From contig NC_068982.1 of the NCBI RefSeq assembly GCF_001194135.2, forward strand, positions 113,602,112 through 113,666,111: a stretch of DNA of 64,000 nucleotides. Reading direction: 5' to 3'. Shown one piece after another: positions 47,086-61,529 of this stretch. The position numbers and the translations under genes are program-made. Source of the stretch: Octopus bimaculoides (lineage: Eukaryota). Under the pieces are notes generated by a model. It ran no database searches and was not told the origin of the DNA. It worked only from the letters and a program-made list of their open reading frames with translations. Positions within the stretch are counted from its first letter, which is position 1; the number at the start of each line of letters is the position of its first letter.

Positions 47086-47380
47086 TTTACAAAATAACAG
47101 AAATAAATAGAGAAAATTTTCTCAGACTTAATACATAACTATATAAACAAACTAGACTAGTCGTGTTTCTTTACTCTTAGATTTCTTGAGAAAAGGAAAC
47201 ATTGCAAACCTTACTAGTCTCATAACAGCCATCCTTTTAATTTCCATTGTATGTATTGAGTACTTTGCCTTAGATTATTATTCTCGCATTTTTTTTAATG
47301 AGCTTATGCTTCAAATATTGCCTTCACATTCCAGTTTAACTGAAAATTTTATTTTGATACAAAAGCTTTTCGTTTTACAC

Positions 47381-47427
<47 letters not shown>

Positions 47428-47769
47428 ACCAGTCAATTTATGTCAATATGTAAGGGAACAAATTAAATATAACAATGACTTTCATTCTAATTATCTGAAA
47501 AACCTCTCCTGATATATTTTCTTTTGATTTAGAAGCTCAAAAATGTATAAGACATTTGCTTGTAGTTTTTTTTTAACATTACTGTATTATAAAATGAAAA
47601 TAAGACATTGAAAAAGCATCTCTGTTAGATCATTCACTTTGCACAGTTATCTAATTAATGACATTCATCACCAAGTTATTTCCTCTTCTTGTTCTTTCTC
47701 CAGTGCTTGATATCTGATTGGATATAGACTGAAGATTTATCAGCCTAGTGATCAAACCTTGTATTTTTG

Positions 47770-48130
47770 TTATCATCATCACCATCACCAGCTACAACAG
47801 TTTACATTCACTTTCATGTTGTACTGATTTGAGTCAGTCTTTATTTGGAGTTACTGCCCTCCTAGATAGGTCAGGGACCATGTCTCCCTGTTACATTCCA
47901 TTTTTGCTGTGGTTTCTCTGGCTTGATGTTCTTCCTAACATTTACATCACAAAGTGTACTGGGCATATTTTATTGTGGAATGAGCTCTAAGAAGGTTGTC
48001 TTGTTCAAGACATGACTAAAGAACCCTTTTACATCCTACATGGTCTCCTGTTCATTTGACAACTACTCTACAGAATGTACTGGTTTGTATTTGTCAACAA
48101 TAAGCATCATCTCGTGGATTCTACATCCAA
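47770..48130 (-). mobile_element. Family D element, degenerate
   Basis: (CAT)n-like tail, ctctggcttgatgttcttcctaaca core. Confidence 0.5.
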
Positions 48131-48269
48131 AAGTCCATGCTATTGAATAAATCAAAAGGGGTTTTATCTTTCACTTGTGTGCCTATCTATTAAATCTAAA
48201 TACAATTATCTTTCCTGATTCATGTTATTGAAAATAAGTGGTTGTTGTTGAATCCCGGGGAACTCCTCC

Positions 48270-48730
48270 TTAAAATAACCAGTGTATAATGACTGTATAG
48301 CCTGTATGGTAATATATGGAAGTAAGATGCTGTAAGGAAGTTAAACAAAGGTGATAAATGTAGAAATTGGAGAGAATTGGGGTGAACGTCCTCCTTTTAA
48401 TGTGAAATATTGACCTGCATGGAAAGCAGAATTAGATGTGACCTATGGAAACAGTTCAGCATTAAAGGCATCATTACTAATGTATGCAGGAGAGATGATT
48501 ATACTTTGATCTGTTTGATGACAAGTGTTAGTCGTGAGGATGTGTGATGTTCAAGGATATATGACAAGGGAAGGTTAAAGAAGACATAGCAAGAGGTGCT
48601 GAGGTCAGATCTCAGGTTGAGATGACAAAATATTGAAATAAATGGTCATGTTACAGTAATGCAGAATTAACCAATTCATGAGTGCTTAAAAATAAACAGA
48701 TGTTAAAATTACATTAATGATGATGATGAT
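48270..48730 (+). mobile_element. RTE 3' end, degenerate
   Basis: gggaaggttaaagaagacatagcaagaggtgctgaggtcagatctc (GRxKKTWxEVLRSDL-like) followed by a (GAT)n tail. Confidence 0.55.
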
Positions 48731-50930
48731 AATGGAATCAATCAAAGAAATTGTCTTCAAGCAATTACAGTATTTTATATTACATTCATGTAAAATGAAA
48801 CCACATCTCTCAATTAGAAACTGATATTATGATAGTTCAAATTTTCAAATAACCTGAATTTTGCCAAGATATCTTATTACATCTTAAAAATGGAAAGCAG
48901 CTATTCTTAGTGCAGGAGGTAACATTTGGTTTTAACTATTAATATAGGGATTTCATGGATATAAAATTTCTCTCCATCTTTGCTTTTTACACTGGTAGAC
49001 CTCCATCTGTTTATAATAGATTTCCTGTTACTTTAGTATTTGACACAAGGCAATTACTCTAGTTTCTCAGAAGACTGGAATCTGTTTATTGATTATCTCT
49101 TCCTGATCTTAAAACTGTTTAAAAGTGTAAAGATTAGTTATTGAAAATAATTGGGAAGATTAATTACTTTTTCAAAATCATCATCTTGTGATACTTCAAG
49201 TGTGAAGTGGCACTAAAATATAATGGCTGAAGGAGATTAAGTCATGCACTGAATACATTTTACTTTAAAACTAATTGATATCATTAATTTTGTTCACAAT
49301 CTTTGCTAATGTTTCTGTGAAAAATATAATCATAAAGTTGTTGTATTTAATTCTGTTTTAATTAGTACTTTCTTCAGTATTTGGTGTATTGGAATGCAAT
49401 AAACTTGTGCATAGTCACTTGAGCATTGGATAAGATACTTTGCAGTATTTGTTTCAACTTCTCTGTGCTCTGAATTTAGATCCTACCAAAGTCAACTTTG
49501 CTTTTCATCTGCTCATGGTTGATGAACAAATTACACATTCAGTAACCAGAATCTCTCTCTCTCTCTCCCTCTCCCTCTCTCTCTCTCTCTCATTATATTT
49601 CTATATTTCTCTTTCTCACACTCTCACTCTCTCTGCAGCTGGACCTGGGCAAGGTTGGGCTCCATCAAGTTTAAAGGACTAGGGCATACCATGTGTCACA
49701 ACAGCACTCCTACAAATCTCTGGAGAGTTGAGAGAACAAGAAAAGAAAGATAATGATTACAGCTATTGTAGCTTTATTTCTTACAAAGATAAAAGTTAAA
49801 GAAAGTTACTTAATCAAATCTGTTTTATTTGATTTAATGAAGTTATAACGATAAAAATAACTGGGATTGTTTTGTATGTGTTTTTGATTTTATTTTTAAC
49901 TGTTTAGAAGTCTATAATGGAGCTTCAAAACATTTTTCATAATTGTCTTACTGTATAAGTTTTACTACCTTGTTATAACAACATCACACAAGTTTGCATT
50001 TTTATCTAGCTTTCCTCTGGGAAAACAGAATTTTGGCATGTAAATGTTTTGGGTTGTCTGCCAAACTTGCTGACTGATAAGAACTTGCTGAAGACAATGC
50101 CTTTAGGCTTTTGTAATGTAAAGAATATAATGTCACTGGTGCATTTCTTTTTTGTGCATAGCTAGAAACTGTTAAACTCATTTCTCAGCTGACAGTCTTC
50201 TAATTATTGCTTCTTGAGTTGAAAGTAATTCTTGGGTTGTCCCTGAAACTGTTGAAGACAGCTCAAAGTTAGCTAATGATGGTCTTTTATATTGATCTCA
50301 CTTAGTAAGTGGTTTATGTAACTTTTTTTTTGTTGTCTTTTTTCATCTATTCCAACCTATAACAGCTAATCTTGTTGAAACCTTCTCAGCCTCCTCCTTG
50401 TACTCATTTCCACCTGGCAATTAGGTGAACTGCCATTTTTGCTGGAATCAGATACTAGCTTCATGTGTTATCCAATTAGAATTAGAAATATCTACAGTAT
50501 ATTTGTTGTTGATTGATATGTATATAACAAATGTTCTCCTTCTATGGATAATTCAACAGTTCACGTTCTTAGAAATATAGCTTCTATCAACAGGTGTAGG
50601 TTGAAAATAAAGAACTGAAATACTGTGAAAAATTGTTAACTTGCTGTGATTGGTCTAAATATTGGAAAGTGGTAATACTCATGCTATATACATATTTCTC
50701 TTGTCTTCATTTCATATATATCAAATCTACTATGAACAGTAATCCTATCTTGTGTTATTTATATTTTGTTAAATGCTGAACTGACAAAATGAATTTGTCT
50801 TCCAACATCTGTTGCTACAATTTTTACCACGATGTTTAAAATCAGTTTACAATTTCTAAAGTATATTTTATACTTCATTCAGCCTCTTAATCTTATTAAT
50901 GTTAATATGGCAAAATATTAATGGTAATAT

Positions 50931-53450
50931 CAAGGTTGCCACTCATCAAATAATAAAACACCCAAAATATTTGCTGCAAAAAACCCAGATCCTATTTTAT
51001 AAACCCAGATGTTAGAAAATAAGTACATAATTGGTAATTTAATGATAAAATATATTATATGACAAAATGAATACAGAATTTAATACTTACTTTATATCAT
51101 ATGGCAGCTAATTGTCAATTTTGTACATATCCACATCATCTTCATTCACTTCTTCAATGGTGATACTCATTTTCTTCCTTTTTGAAGTTTAATCTACTTG
51201 TATATCTACAATGACAAGATCTATCCACTACATCTTTAATAAGATTAGTGTTCAGCTCCCAAGAAATGCATGACGCTCCCTTTCTTGTAATTGCTTGTTT
51301 AGTGAGTAGACGATCAGTGATCATTTCGGCCTTTAACCTATTAGTGAACTTTGTCTTTGTGCAATTTACTTGGGAAAATATGTGTTCCATGCATGCTGAT
51401 GAATGATGTAACCGTTAAATTAGTCATGATTTGTGACAGCCTCTCAAATTTAGAGTGGTCAAGCCCGTCTTTAAGATTGAGTATGGAATACCAGAATTCA
51501 GGGACGCTTTTTGAGGAAACAGGAATCTTTGTATTGCCGAAATAATCTCCACTCATTGTCTAGTTCATCAAGTGTGTTTTCTGGTGCAATTGCTGGAAAG
51601 TTTGATGCCAAGGGAATTATCGACTGAGGAGAGTTAGTGAGATCACGCCCTACTTTTGGATCAAGTATTTCTAAGAGAGAAAACACTCCAGCTTCATCGA
51701 GAGGAAAGCGCATTTTTATTTGAGAGCATAATTCTATTAAAAACATTTTGCAATCAGTTTTGAATCTAGCAGAGTCACCAACGATGGTGGTTTTTTTCTA
51801 GATATCTCATTGCCCGTCCACGGAGGTAAATATCACTCATATCTTTGTGATTTGTTGTGTTATTAAGATCAGTATCTGATAATTTAGATACAGCTAAAAC
51901 ATTATCTTTTATAAAGCAACTAAAGATACTTTTATGTTCACTGGATACAAGTGTATGTAACGGATGCAGTCGAAAGTGTTCTGATTGTGACAACCATCTA
52001 GTTTGTGAAAGCTTTGGAATCTTGTTTTCTTTTGTGCCAACAACACTTTGTATCATATTGAAGTCATTTTGACGTTTGCTACTTCGAGAAAAGTAAGAAG
52101 TTAAGTCCTTTAAAAGGGACTCAAGATACGAAGGTAACACCTTCACTGCATGACTTGAACAAAGTGCAAATGAATGGTAAACACAGTCTGTTGTAAACAG
52201 AGTTGGATTATCATTTCCCATTAACTTTTGAAACCCACTCTTGTTACCCATCATTGTTGAGCAATTATCGCTGGCAAATCCAAGTATGTTGCTCATAGAT
52301 ACATCTTTTGTAAGGGTAGACTTGACAGCATCATACAAACTCAGAAATGAACCATTTTCTTACTACAATTTCATCCAGAAGAGCATCCTTGACATTAAGT
52401 GATTGTTTATCAAAAAAGCAAACAACTATTGCTAAGATTTGTGTCACTGAGATGTCTGAGCTCTCATCTATCAATAATGAAAACTTTTGTTTCTTGAGAA
52501 TTTCCAAGATTTCATTTTGTTCAGAATGTGCAATTCTGTCTTGAATAATGTATGTTAGCTTTTTCACTATTGGGAAAGGCCTTTTTACAAATTTCAGCTA
52601 AGTGATTTATATGGATGAAAGGTACATGATGTTCAGCAACATAATCTATTAATAGCAAGTTTGCCTAAGCTACTTTTTCATTTAATGTATCATCTGTTTT
52701 TTTTAACAATAAATTAATCTAATTTAATAGCAGATTTCGCACAATCAAAAGCTTTCTTGTGTTTTATGAGCTAACAACATTGATTTCTTAGCATTTTTCA
52801 ACACAACGTTGCAACAAACACAGTAGCAAGTGTCGGGATTTTTATCATCTTGCTGTAACCAATTTTTAAGCTCAGCATCCTCTAACCACGACTTCTTGAA
52901 ATTTTGGGTGTACCACTTCCACTTCCTCTTTTGGATACACTATTGTCTTCTATTACTTCGCAAAGGGTTACAAAACAAAAGCACTCACTCAAAATGCTGT
53001 TAAACAAGTTTTAAATCCTGAGTAACAATCAAAGTGTACACCATCAACATAGTCAAGCTGTCAACTGGTGGAGTCAGAGTTTCAGACAAATGTATAAGCG
53101 GCCACCAACGTATTGTAACTTGTAGTTGCCCAGTATGATACAAGTATAAACAAATAATGAACGCATACAATCAGTAATTACGTCACTTACAATATTTGTA
53201 TCGATAAATTCATTATGTGAAATGATTATGGATGATGTATAGAAAGTTTACAAAGTATTAGAAGAGGTGCAACTTTGCTACATATTGCATACAAAGAGTA
53301 TGACACCGAATTCTCTTTAAAAGATAAGTTTGCAGCCAAAACTAACTTAAAACACCAGATGTAATGTAAATTTGGAAATTAAAACCCATAAACCCAACAT
53401 TGTTCCCAAAACACAGATCTGGGTGGAAAAACCCATCAGTGGCATCTCTG
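50931..53450 (-). mobile_element. Full-length hAT DNA transposon (Blackjack-like TIR), transposase disrupted
   Basis: TIR caaggttgccact / agtggcatctctg; perfect 8-bp TSD GGTAATAT (50923-50930, 53451-53458); FSLLIDES, FASDNCSTM, CVYH, TRW and C-terminal EHIFS dimerisation region; N-terminal BED-like CYCVCC...H. Confidence 0.92.
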
Positions 53451-53599
53451 GGTAATATGGTAAAATATTAATGTTAGTATGATAAAGGATTTATATAATC
53501 TTATTAATATAAGTTCTAAACTCAGGCATCATGTTTTTAATAAGAAATCACTTAGATCCCATTTCACTGTTTCTCAAATATACTTTTAATAAAATTTTA

Positions 53600-54295
53600 T
53601 ACTTTTACTACTTGCTGTGTCTGGAGGAAGGGACAGGCCCATGACTCTTGAATGCTCTTTGTGACTTGTAAGATTGATCCTATAAATGTTGCATTTAGAC
53701 TGTTGTAAGTCTATACCTGCAGCAAAACATGAACAGAAGAATAATCTTCTGAAGAAAAAGGATTAGGCATTGTGGTTTGTTCAGAGAAAGGGTGGTTGGG
53801 CACACCAAGTGAGTCAAGAGGTGGAGTAAGTCGTGAGGGGGAGGAGGGCTGCTTCAGTGGTTGGAGAACTAGACCACTCAGCAGAAGTCATTAAAGTAGT
53901 AATAGACAGAGAGAGGATACAGCATGCTTATAGACCTAAGGCAGGAGTGTATCTGTTAGTGATGAAATGCCAATCAACCAAGTGGCCCTTCTCTGGATGT
54001 GATCTAAGATATTAGTGTGATTAGCAACAGTACCATCCCAAATGTGGGTGCAGTACTTCATTGTAGGCTTTAGTTGATTGTTGTAAACTGTCAGCAATTG
54101 TTGGTGGGGTAAATATCTTCTGGCCTTAATGAGAAAAGCAACTCAATCAAATGTGGTTCTAGTTATGCTAAAGATGGGATCTCACCAGGAGAGATCCTCA
54201 GTGACGGTGGGGCCCAGCATCTGGAGTGATTGTGAAAACTTGAAATGAATGTCACTCATGTTTGGAAAGGGTGTGGTACCATGGTATTTTCATGA
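53600..54295 (-). mobile_element. CR1-type LINE 3' fragment
   Basis: rc encodes QLKPTMKYCTHIWDG...LDHIQRRATWLIG...HAVSSLCL. Confidence 0.7.
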
Positions 54296-54329
54296 TATGA
54301 GTAGTGCTTGAGATTTTTGCCATCAAAAG

Positions 54330-54508
54330 GCAATGTTTGTGGCATTTCATCTGTCTACATTTTGAGTTCAAATTCCACCGAGGTTGATTTTTGCCTTTCA
54401 TCCTTTCAGTGTTGATAAAGTAAGCACTAGCTGAGTGCTAGGATCAATGTAATCAACTTAACCCCTCCCTTGGGATTGCTGGTCTTGTGCCAAAATTTGA
54501 AACCAATG
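54330..54508 (+). mobile_element. SINE family B
   Basis: gagttcaaattccaccgaggttgatttttgcctttcatcctttcagtgttgataaag. Confidence 0.8.
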
Positions 54509-54984
54509 TTCTTCTAGCATATCAAGTAAGGCTGTTTCTAACCACATTCTGATATTCGTACTTTCTCTTTGTAGTTTGTATTCTGATCTTTGCCACATTG
54601 ATCACTATGTTGTTTGATTTTAACCTACACTTTCAGTTACTGTTTTACAATCTTCTTAACAGAGTTCATAATGAAATCCAGGTCATCTACCTGATTATAA
54701 AAGTACACTAGGACATACAGGCCCAGTTGTTTGTTTGTACCACTACCTCAAAGATCATGATAAAACTGAAAGAGGCTAAGAGCAGATCCAAGGTGAACAT
54801 TCACCTTTACAATATGTTGTAACTATACTGGAGCTACTCCCAGTTCTTTATATATGGTTTGAATTGCTATTACGATAGCTCCTAGATTTTTCAGTATACC
54901 CAGTATTACATTGTCAGGTTGAGTAAAGGAACATAGTATTGTTTGTTATTTCTGAGTGTTTCTCATTTCTAGTATTTTGAGAAG

Positions 54985-55135
54985 ACATATCTGGCCACGG
55001 GGAAGTATTACCATGCTTGGAAACAGATGAGGGTTGGTGACAGGAAGGGTATCTGGCTGTAGAAAATCTGTCTCAATAAACTCCATCTGAGTCATGCAAG
55101 CAAGGAAAAGTGGAAGTTAAAATGATGATAATGAT
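54985..55135 (+). mobile_element. Family D-related element
   Basis: gggttggtgacaggaagggtatctggctgtagaaaatc...gaagttaaaatgatgat. Confidence 0.65.
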
Positions 55136-55244
55136 ATGAATGATTTACATGACCTTCAGCTATATCTGTATATTTATATTGACTTTATAATGATCAGTTT
55201 TGACAATGGCCTATTGTTTGCTCAACAACACAACACAACGCTCT

Positions 55245-55700
55245 CATTCATCATCAACATCCATTTTCCATGCTGGTATAAGTTGGATGGTTTAACTGAA
55301 AACTGGTAAGCTGGGGAGCCGCACCAGGTTCCAATCTAATCTGGCATGGTTTCTACGGCTGGATGCCCTTCCAGTAATGCCAATTACTCTAAGAGTGTAG
55401 TGGGTGCTTTTTCCATGCCACCAGCATGGGTGCCAGTTACGCAGCACCAGCCACAACTATGATCTCACTTGGCTTGACAGATCTTCTCAAGCATTGTGTA
55501 TCACCAAAGGTCTTGATCCTTTGTCACTGCCTCCATGAGGCCCAACATTCGAATGGTGCTTTTTACATGCCACTGGTATGGGTGCCAGTTACATGACACT
55601 GGCATCGACCATGACTATGATTCCACTTGGCTTGATGGGTCTTTTTAAGAATGGTATATCGCCCAACATAGCACTGCAAGTGGCTGAGTATTCATTGGAT
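55245..55700 (-). mobile_element. Family D element with ~150-bp internal tandem duplication
   Basis: D tail and core, then two copies of ggtgcttttt(c/a)catgccac...gactatgat...cacttggcttga at ~55402 and ~55554. Confidence 0.8.
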
Positions 55701-56164
55701 ATGTATACTGTTAATCCATTAGCATTTAAACTGCCCATAACTGGCCCAGATATTCTCCAAGTTTCACGTTCATATTGTCATGCTAAAAGTATACAATCAC
55801 ATCAAAATCTCAAAGCTACATGAGTAATTCAAAATAATGTAAATAAATGAGTAGAACATTTGACAGAGTAAGCATAACATATACTGTGTAACAGGGCTGG
55901 AGACATTTGAATTACAGATACAACCTATTCACCACACAGTTTCCGCCAACCAAACTTCACTCTTGCAGTTTAAATCTACAAGAAAAGATCCAACCCATGC
56001 CAGCATGGACAATGGACATTAAATGATGATGAAGAAACCAAACAGTGGGATCAAATGTTGGACTTCAAAATTGCAAAGTGTAACGTTTTAACCAGTTGGC
56101 CATGCTTACTTACATCCATTAATTTTATACCTAGTCATTTAGTAACATAATAGTAAATACCTGT

Positions 56165-56540
56165 TTTTTTTATCTTTTACTTGTTTCAGTCATTTGACTG
56201 TGGCCATACTGAGGCACCACCTTGAATTTTAGTCGAATGAATTGACACCAGTACTTTTTTTAAGCCTGGTACTTATTCTATCAATTTCTTTTGCCAAACC
56301 ACTAAGTTATAGGGATGTAAACATACCAACATTGGTTGTCAAGCGATGGTGGGTGAACAGACACAAAGACACACATACATAGATATATACATATATATAT
56401 GAAAGACTTCTTTCAGTTTCTGTCAACCAAATCCACTCACAAGGCTTTGGTTGGCCTGAGGCTATAGTGGAAGACATTTGCCAAAGGTGCCACGCAGTGG
56501 GACTGAACCCGGAATCATATATTTGGGAAGTAAACTGCTT
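56165..56540 (-). mobile_element. SINE family A
   Basis: ttttacttgtttcagtcatttgactgtggcc tail to atacagccacacct head. Confidence 0.85.
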
Positions 56541-57529
56541 ATCATACAGCCACACCTATTTATGTATATTACATTTATATAAAAATATAGGTACAGGATA
56601 TAATTTATATCAAAAACTGAGGAATTATCTATAAGCCATTTACTATATTGTTAAATCTACAGCAGCTGTTAATGTAAAGCTTCAGGTGTTACTGGCAAAT
56701 TTGGTAAAATGGTTGTCAGAGAATTCAAAATGCACTGAAAAACCATAACAGGTGCTAATTAAATCTAAGCTAAAAAAAACACGGCAATATTGCTTGAGCA
56801 AGATTAATAAAGGCTTTTGATAGGCATGATTTCTTCTCCCCACCCTTACGAGGAAAATCATTTATCAAACATGTATGATGATTTAGTATAGTTCATTCAG
56901 TGACTTTCTTTATTATTATTTCATAATCTATAGAAAATTAATTAGAAATCTGCTGAAAACTAGTAATTGAAATACTTCTTAGAAGTCTTATATCTAAATA
57001 TTTAATGAAAGACACCTGTTTTTAACCCTATAACACCTGTTAATTCTTGACTCTTCAAATATTATTCTTTTGTAGGAATAAAATATCAAAATTGAAAGCT
57101 TTCGATAAACTCTAAGGATTGCTTGAATAACATTATTGCATGCAAGCAATTATGTTATTTGGCAGTTGTTCCAGAATTATTGACATTTGAATAATTTATC
57201 TGTCTAAATAAGTGTGTGTGTGTGTGTGAGAGAGAAAGAGAGAGAGAGAGAGAGACAAACAGACAGACAGAGATAGAGAACTTCATACAATATCTGAGAT
57301 ATACAATTCGCTTCTCCAATTTCATGGTGAGGCTACTAGTGAACCTTGGGGAACAAATTTGTGGCCACCAATTCCTCATTTGAAATAGAAGCTCCACTAA
57401 TTTGGTTTTGCTTGAGGAATGGATGGTCAGATATTTTGCACCAAGTTCAATCATGATCTAACCATGAAACTGAAGTAGCATATTGTATGCCTTCAATATT
57501 GTATAAAGATCATGTCTAAAATGTTGCAA

Positions 57530-57620
57530 CCCCTGGCCTTGCCAGTTCTTATCATGCTGTTCAACCCATGCCAGCATGGAACATGGACATTAAATGTTGA
57601 TGATGATGATGATGATGATT
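57530..57620 (+). mobile_element. Family D tail
   Basis: caacccatgccagcatggaacatggacattaaatgttgatgatgatg. Confidence 0.75.
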
Positions 57621-59029
57621 GAGTTCTACTCATTAAAGTAAATATACATATCCAGCAACATGTATAGCTGTGTCTGTGTGTGCATGTGAAGATTTTTACT
57701 CGAAACATATTCCTTAATCTTATATCAACTGGACATTGATAATTTAAGCTTTAAGAATAATTTGATCCTTGAAATATCTTATTCTATAGGACATTAGAAT
57801 GTCAGAAAGCAAACTGTAAATTTAGAGTAGTAGCTGTTTTCAAGAAGAGTTGAAGAATATAATCTTCAGGCATTGTTTTTATTCTTTTAAGGAAATGAAT
57901 TTTATTGATTATATAATTATTACTTATAATTTTGTAACAAACACTCATAATTAATTTTATTATTGAATATTGCATTATGTTATTTTGATTTCTTTTTCAA
58001 GGAAATATTTAATTCTCTTAGAACAAGTCATTTGCATCTGTTTAGATAAATTATTTTCTTTTCTTTGTTCCAAGTACAAAATTATTGGAAAATTATTTGA
58101 ATTTTGCCTTTAGTTAACAACCTTGATTATGAAGATACATCAATTTTAGCAACAGTATTACTAAATTTAGAGTAATATGCTGAATTTCTATATAATGCCT
58201 GTAGTTTTGTTCAATAAAAACTAGAGCAGAATGGATCCTGGTATAGTTTGGAAAGAACTCTGCTAAGTACTAAGCAATTGACTAAATTTGTTAAGAACTG
58301 CAAAATAATAATATTCAGAAAATAATTTAGAATGATATTGAATATTGTTTACATTTTAAAACACGGGATTTTTTCAGTTTAAAACTATATAGATTAAAAT
58401 TCTTCCAGAAAAACAATTTATTCTAGTAAAACTATATTTAAAAATGCTAATTTAAAATAGTAAACATTCAACTCTTTTATGGGCAAATATTTATTTACAT
58501 TAATCTTAATGCAGATAAATCTTTAAGAAAATTGCTTGACAATGAGTGAAGAAGAAAATCCATATGATGTTGAGTTGAATCACATCAGAAATTATCTAGA
58601 CACAAGTGGACTCTGAAAAAATGTTAATATGTAGAAGTGTCACTGAAAGTTACTGATCAAGAAGATAAATAGTATAGGAAAAACTTACCCTTTAAAAGAA
58701 GACAGTGATGTGCATTGTTGTAGAATTAAGTTGTAAGATAGTGAGTGAAGCAGTTGCTAATAGGATGATGTAAAGACTGTAAGGATAGCTGTCAGATGCT
58801 GAAATCGTCAGATTAGATAGTTGTCACATAAGTAATTAGTCAAATCTGAAGAAACTAGTGCTGTTCTGAATTTAGTAACTAATGAGTACAAATACTTCAA
58901 AAGTGGAATGAATTATTTTTTATAAAATAACATTATAATTAGCTTATTTTCAACATTTTGTCTTGTGAAGAACATGGGCACTGCTTCTTCCGCCAGACCT
59001 TGCAAAGATAAAGGTTCACATGGATAACG

Positions 59030-59230
59030 AAATTGTGCAGGAATTGTTTACTGGTGATGGCTAGTATGGTAACATTGTTATCTACTGCTACAAATATAAA
59101 GGGGATGCTTTAGAGAGGAAAAATTACTCTAATCTCAGGATAGTTCACCTCTAGGAAAAGACTTGGTGAATTTGATATTGGATGGAGTTAGGGTAGATGA
59201 ACCCACAATTTGACTGGTACATGAATGACA
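59030..59230 (+). mobile_element. RTE RT N-terminal fragment
   Basis: ctgctacaaatataaaggggatgctttagagaggaaaaattac = CYKYKGDALERKNY. Confidence 0.5.
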
Positions 59231-59586
59231 CACAAATAATATATTTCTTTTGAGGTGCAGGTATAGCTGTGTGGTTAAAAAGATTGTTTCCTAACCATGT
59301 GAGCTTGGGTTCAATCCCACTGTGCAGCACGTGTGTGTGTGTGTGTGTGTGTGTATCGATTGTCAGTTAATCATAAATCTGAAAGAGAAGCACAACTAAG
59401 TTATAGAGTAGTAGAGTATTTAGAGAATGTTAGTTATGGCCTGTTCATAGTGTTACCCAGGTTTTCACATCCATAAATGTCTCGTCTATAACTTCTATAG
59501 GCTACTGGCCATTAGGGTCTGTGAAGCCAAGTGCTTTATGGACACAAAACCTTGGGTAACCCTATGAACTGGCCATAACTAAACTC

Positions 59587-59624
<38 letters not shown>

Positions 59625-59859
59625 TATGCACTAATTTTAGTGATCTCACTCATGAAATACAGATGACAAATTAATTTATTTGCTCATTAATACAGAAACT
59701 TGAGTCTGAGGGTAACTAGAAACATATTTTCTATTTTCATTCCCTTTGAAATTGCTTTTATTTATGGTTTGGGTTTTGACTGCTCTTTCTAGCGTGTAAG
59801 GTGTCCTGTCAAAGGTCACCTCTTTTACGTATAAATACTTAAATTGTTTGTAAAAAGGA

Positions 59860-60032
59860 GTAGTCCATCGGTTACGACGACAAATGTCCCAGCTGATACG
59901 ATCAACGGAACAGCCTGCTCGTGAAATTAAAGTGCAAGTGACTGAGCGATCCACAGACACATGTACCCCCAATGTAATTCTCAGAGAGACTCAGCGTGAC
60001 ACATATTGTGACAAGGCCGGCCCTTTGAAACA
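59860..60032 (-). mobile_element. SINE family C, core fragment
   Basis: gatcaacggaacagcctgctcgtgaaattaaagtgcaagtg matches the 30338-30726 copy. Confidence 0.8.
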
Positions 60033-60612
60033 GCTGAGTGGCAAAAATGAGTAGTACACTATTATATATGAAAATATGTTGTCTATTGACTTCATTACGC
60101 ATGCTAGCCACCGGTCTGAAAATTTTTCTACCTTTGTCTCTAATTGACTTTAAGAAAGTTTTTGACTGGTTCCCATTATTTAGATGAAACTTACATCTAG
60201 CTATAGATAAATAGCTATTAAAAGCTGTCAAGCTTAATAGTGTGCCAAATAAACAATTATAAAATAGACAAATTAATATAAAGTAAATTAAAAAGTAAAA
60301 TATAGAGAAAAGAATGGCAGCAATAGTTGTGTATGAGACAAAATACCTTGTGGTATTTGGTTGTGATCCTTTACATTCTGAATTCATTCTAGCCTTCATT
60401 AACTTGTTAAGCATCCTTTCCTAAATCAGTAAGTACTAGACAAGTATATATAAATATATATTCTTTTCTTTAACTGTTGTTTAGTTCTTATGAATATGAC
60501 ATTTCCTCATGACTACTGCTAATTTTGATAATCTCTAAATTTGAACAGAATTGACTATATACTTAGAGCGGGTGTCTCAGCATGGCTATAGTCCAATGAC
60601 TGAAATTATTAA

Positions 60613-60862
60613 CCCTTTAACTGCAAAATTATATTTCATTGTTATTTCAGTAATGATGTCAAATATCTACAAAAAAAAAAAAAAAAAAAAAGAAAATGGT
60701 ATTTTCTGCAAGCCTCAGTAAACTTGAGACATATCTCTCAATAGAAAATAGTTTCAAGCCTAACATCATTCAGCAAAAGATAGCTTGGTATATAAAACTG
60801 TTTTCGACAGTTAAGAGTAATGTAATTTTGAGTGGATATATCTGACTTTTGTAGTAAAAGGG
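60613..60862. mobile_element. piggyBac-type MITE, 250 bp
   Basis: TTAA|ccctttaactgc ... gtagtaaaaggg|TTAA. Confidence 0.75.
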
Positions 60863-60895
60863 TTAAAAGGAAACACACATGCATGCATGCACATG

Positions 60896-60941
<46 letters not shown>

Positions 60942-61529
60942 TTTGAATCAATGTTAGCAAATTCATGAAGATTTAAATGTAAATATTCAAACAGCTATTA
61001 CAAAGCTACTATATTTTCTTTAACAGTTGTTTAGTTCATATGAATACTACATTTCCTATGACCACTGCTGATTTTGATAATCTCTAAATTTGAACAGAAG
61101 TCTTTTAAATATTGCTATAAATGGAAAATATAAACGATAGTAAACTGAAATTTTATCTGTATTACAATATCCCTTGTGTAAGGTTTTGAATTAGATAAAC
61201 AAAGCCAACATTATTACTCACTGACTAACCTTGCAAGATATAGATTTAGAGTTTATGCTTTACTAACCTTTACTCGTAAAGGAACCATCTTACCAATGTA
61301 GGTTTTCCAATCTACACTGTTCATCCAGAATAGACATTTTATAATCACTGTGCTGTGGCACACTTATATCGACTACATGTGGCACTTGAGTGCCACATAT
61401 AATTCACAGGTATGCTATATGTTTCATTGGCAAACCAGAAAATGCTCAAATGTTTAGAAAACATGGGTATTTATTTGTAGCAAAGCACAATGTATGCACT
61501 CATCTCTGTTTTAAGAAATTTTAATGTGC

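Noticed and set aside
49970-50700. Complex-looking sequence resembling decayed coding DNA
   Set aside because: Multiple stops in all frames examined and no identifiable motif.
57280-58880. Protein-like reads at 57280-57400 and a strong minus-strand donor at ~58688
   Set aside because: No matching acceptor or partner exon gives a convincing model.
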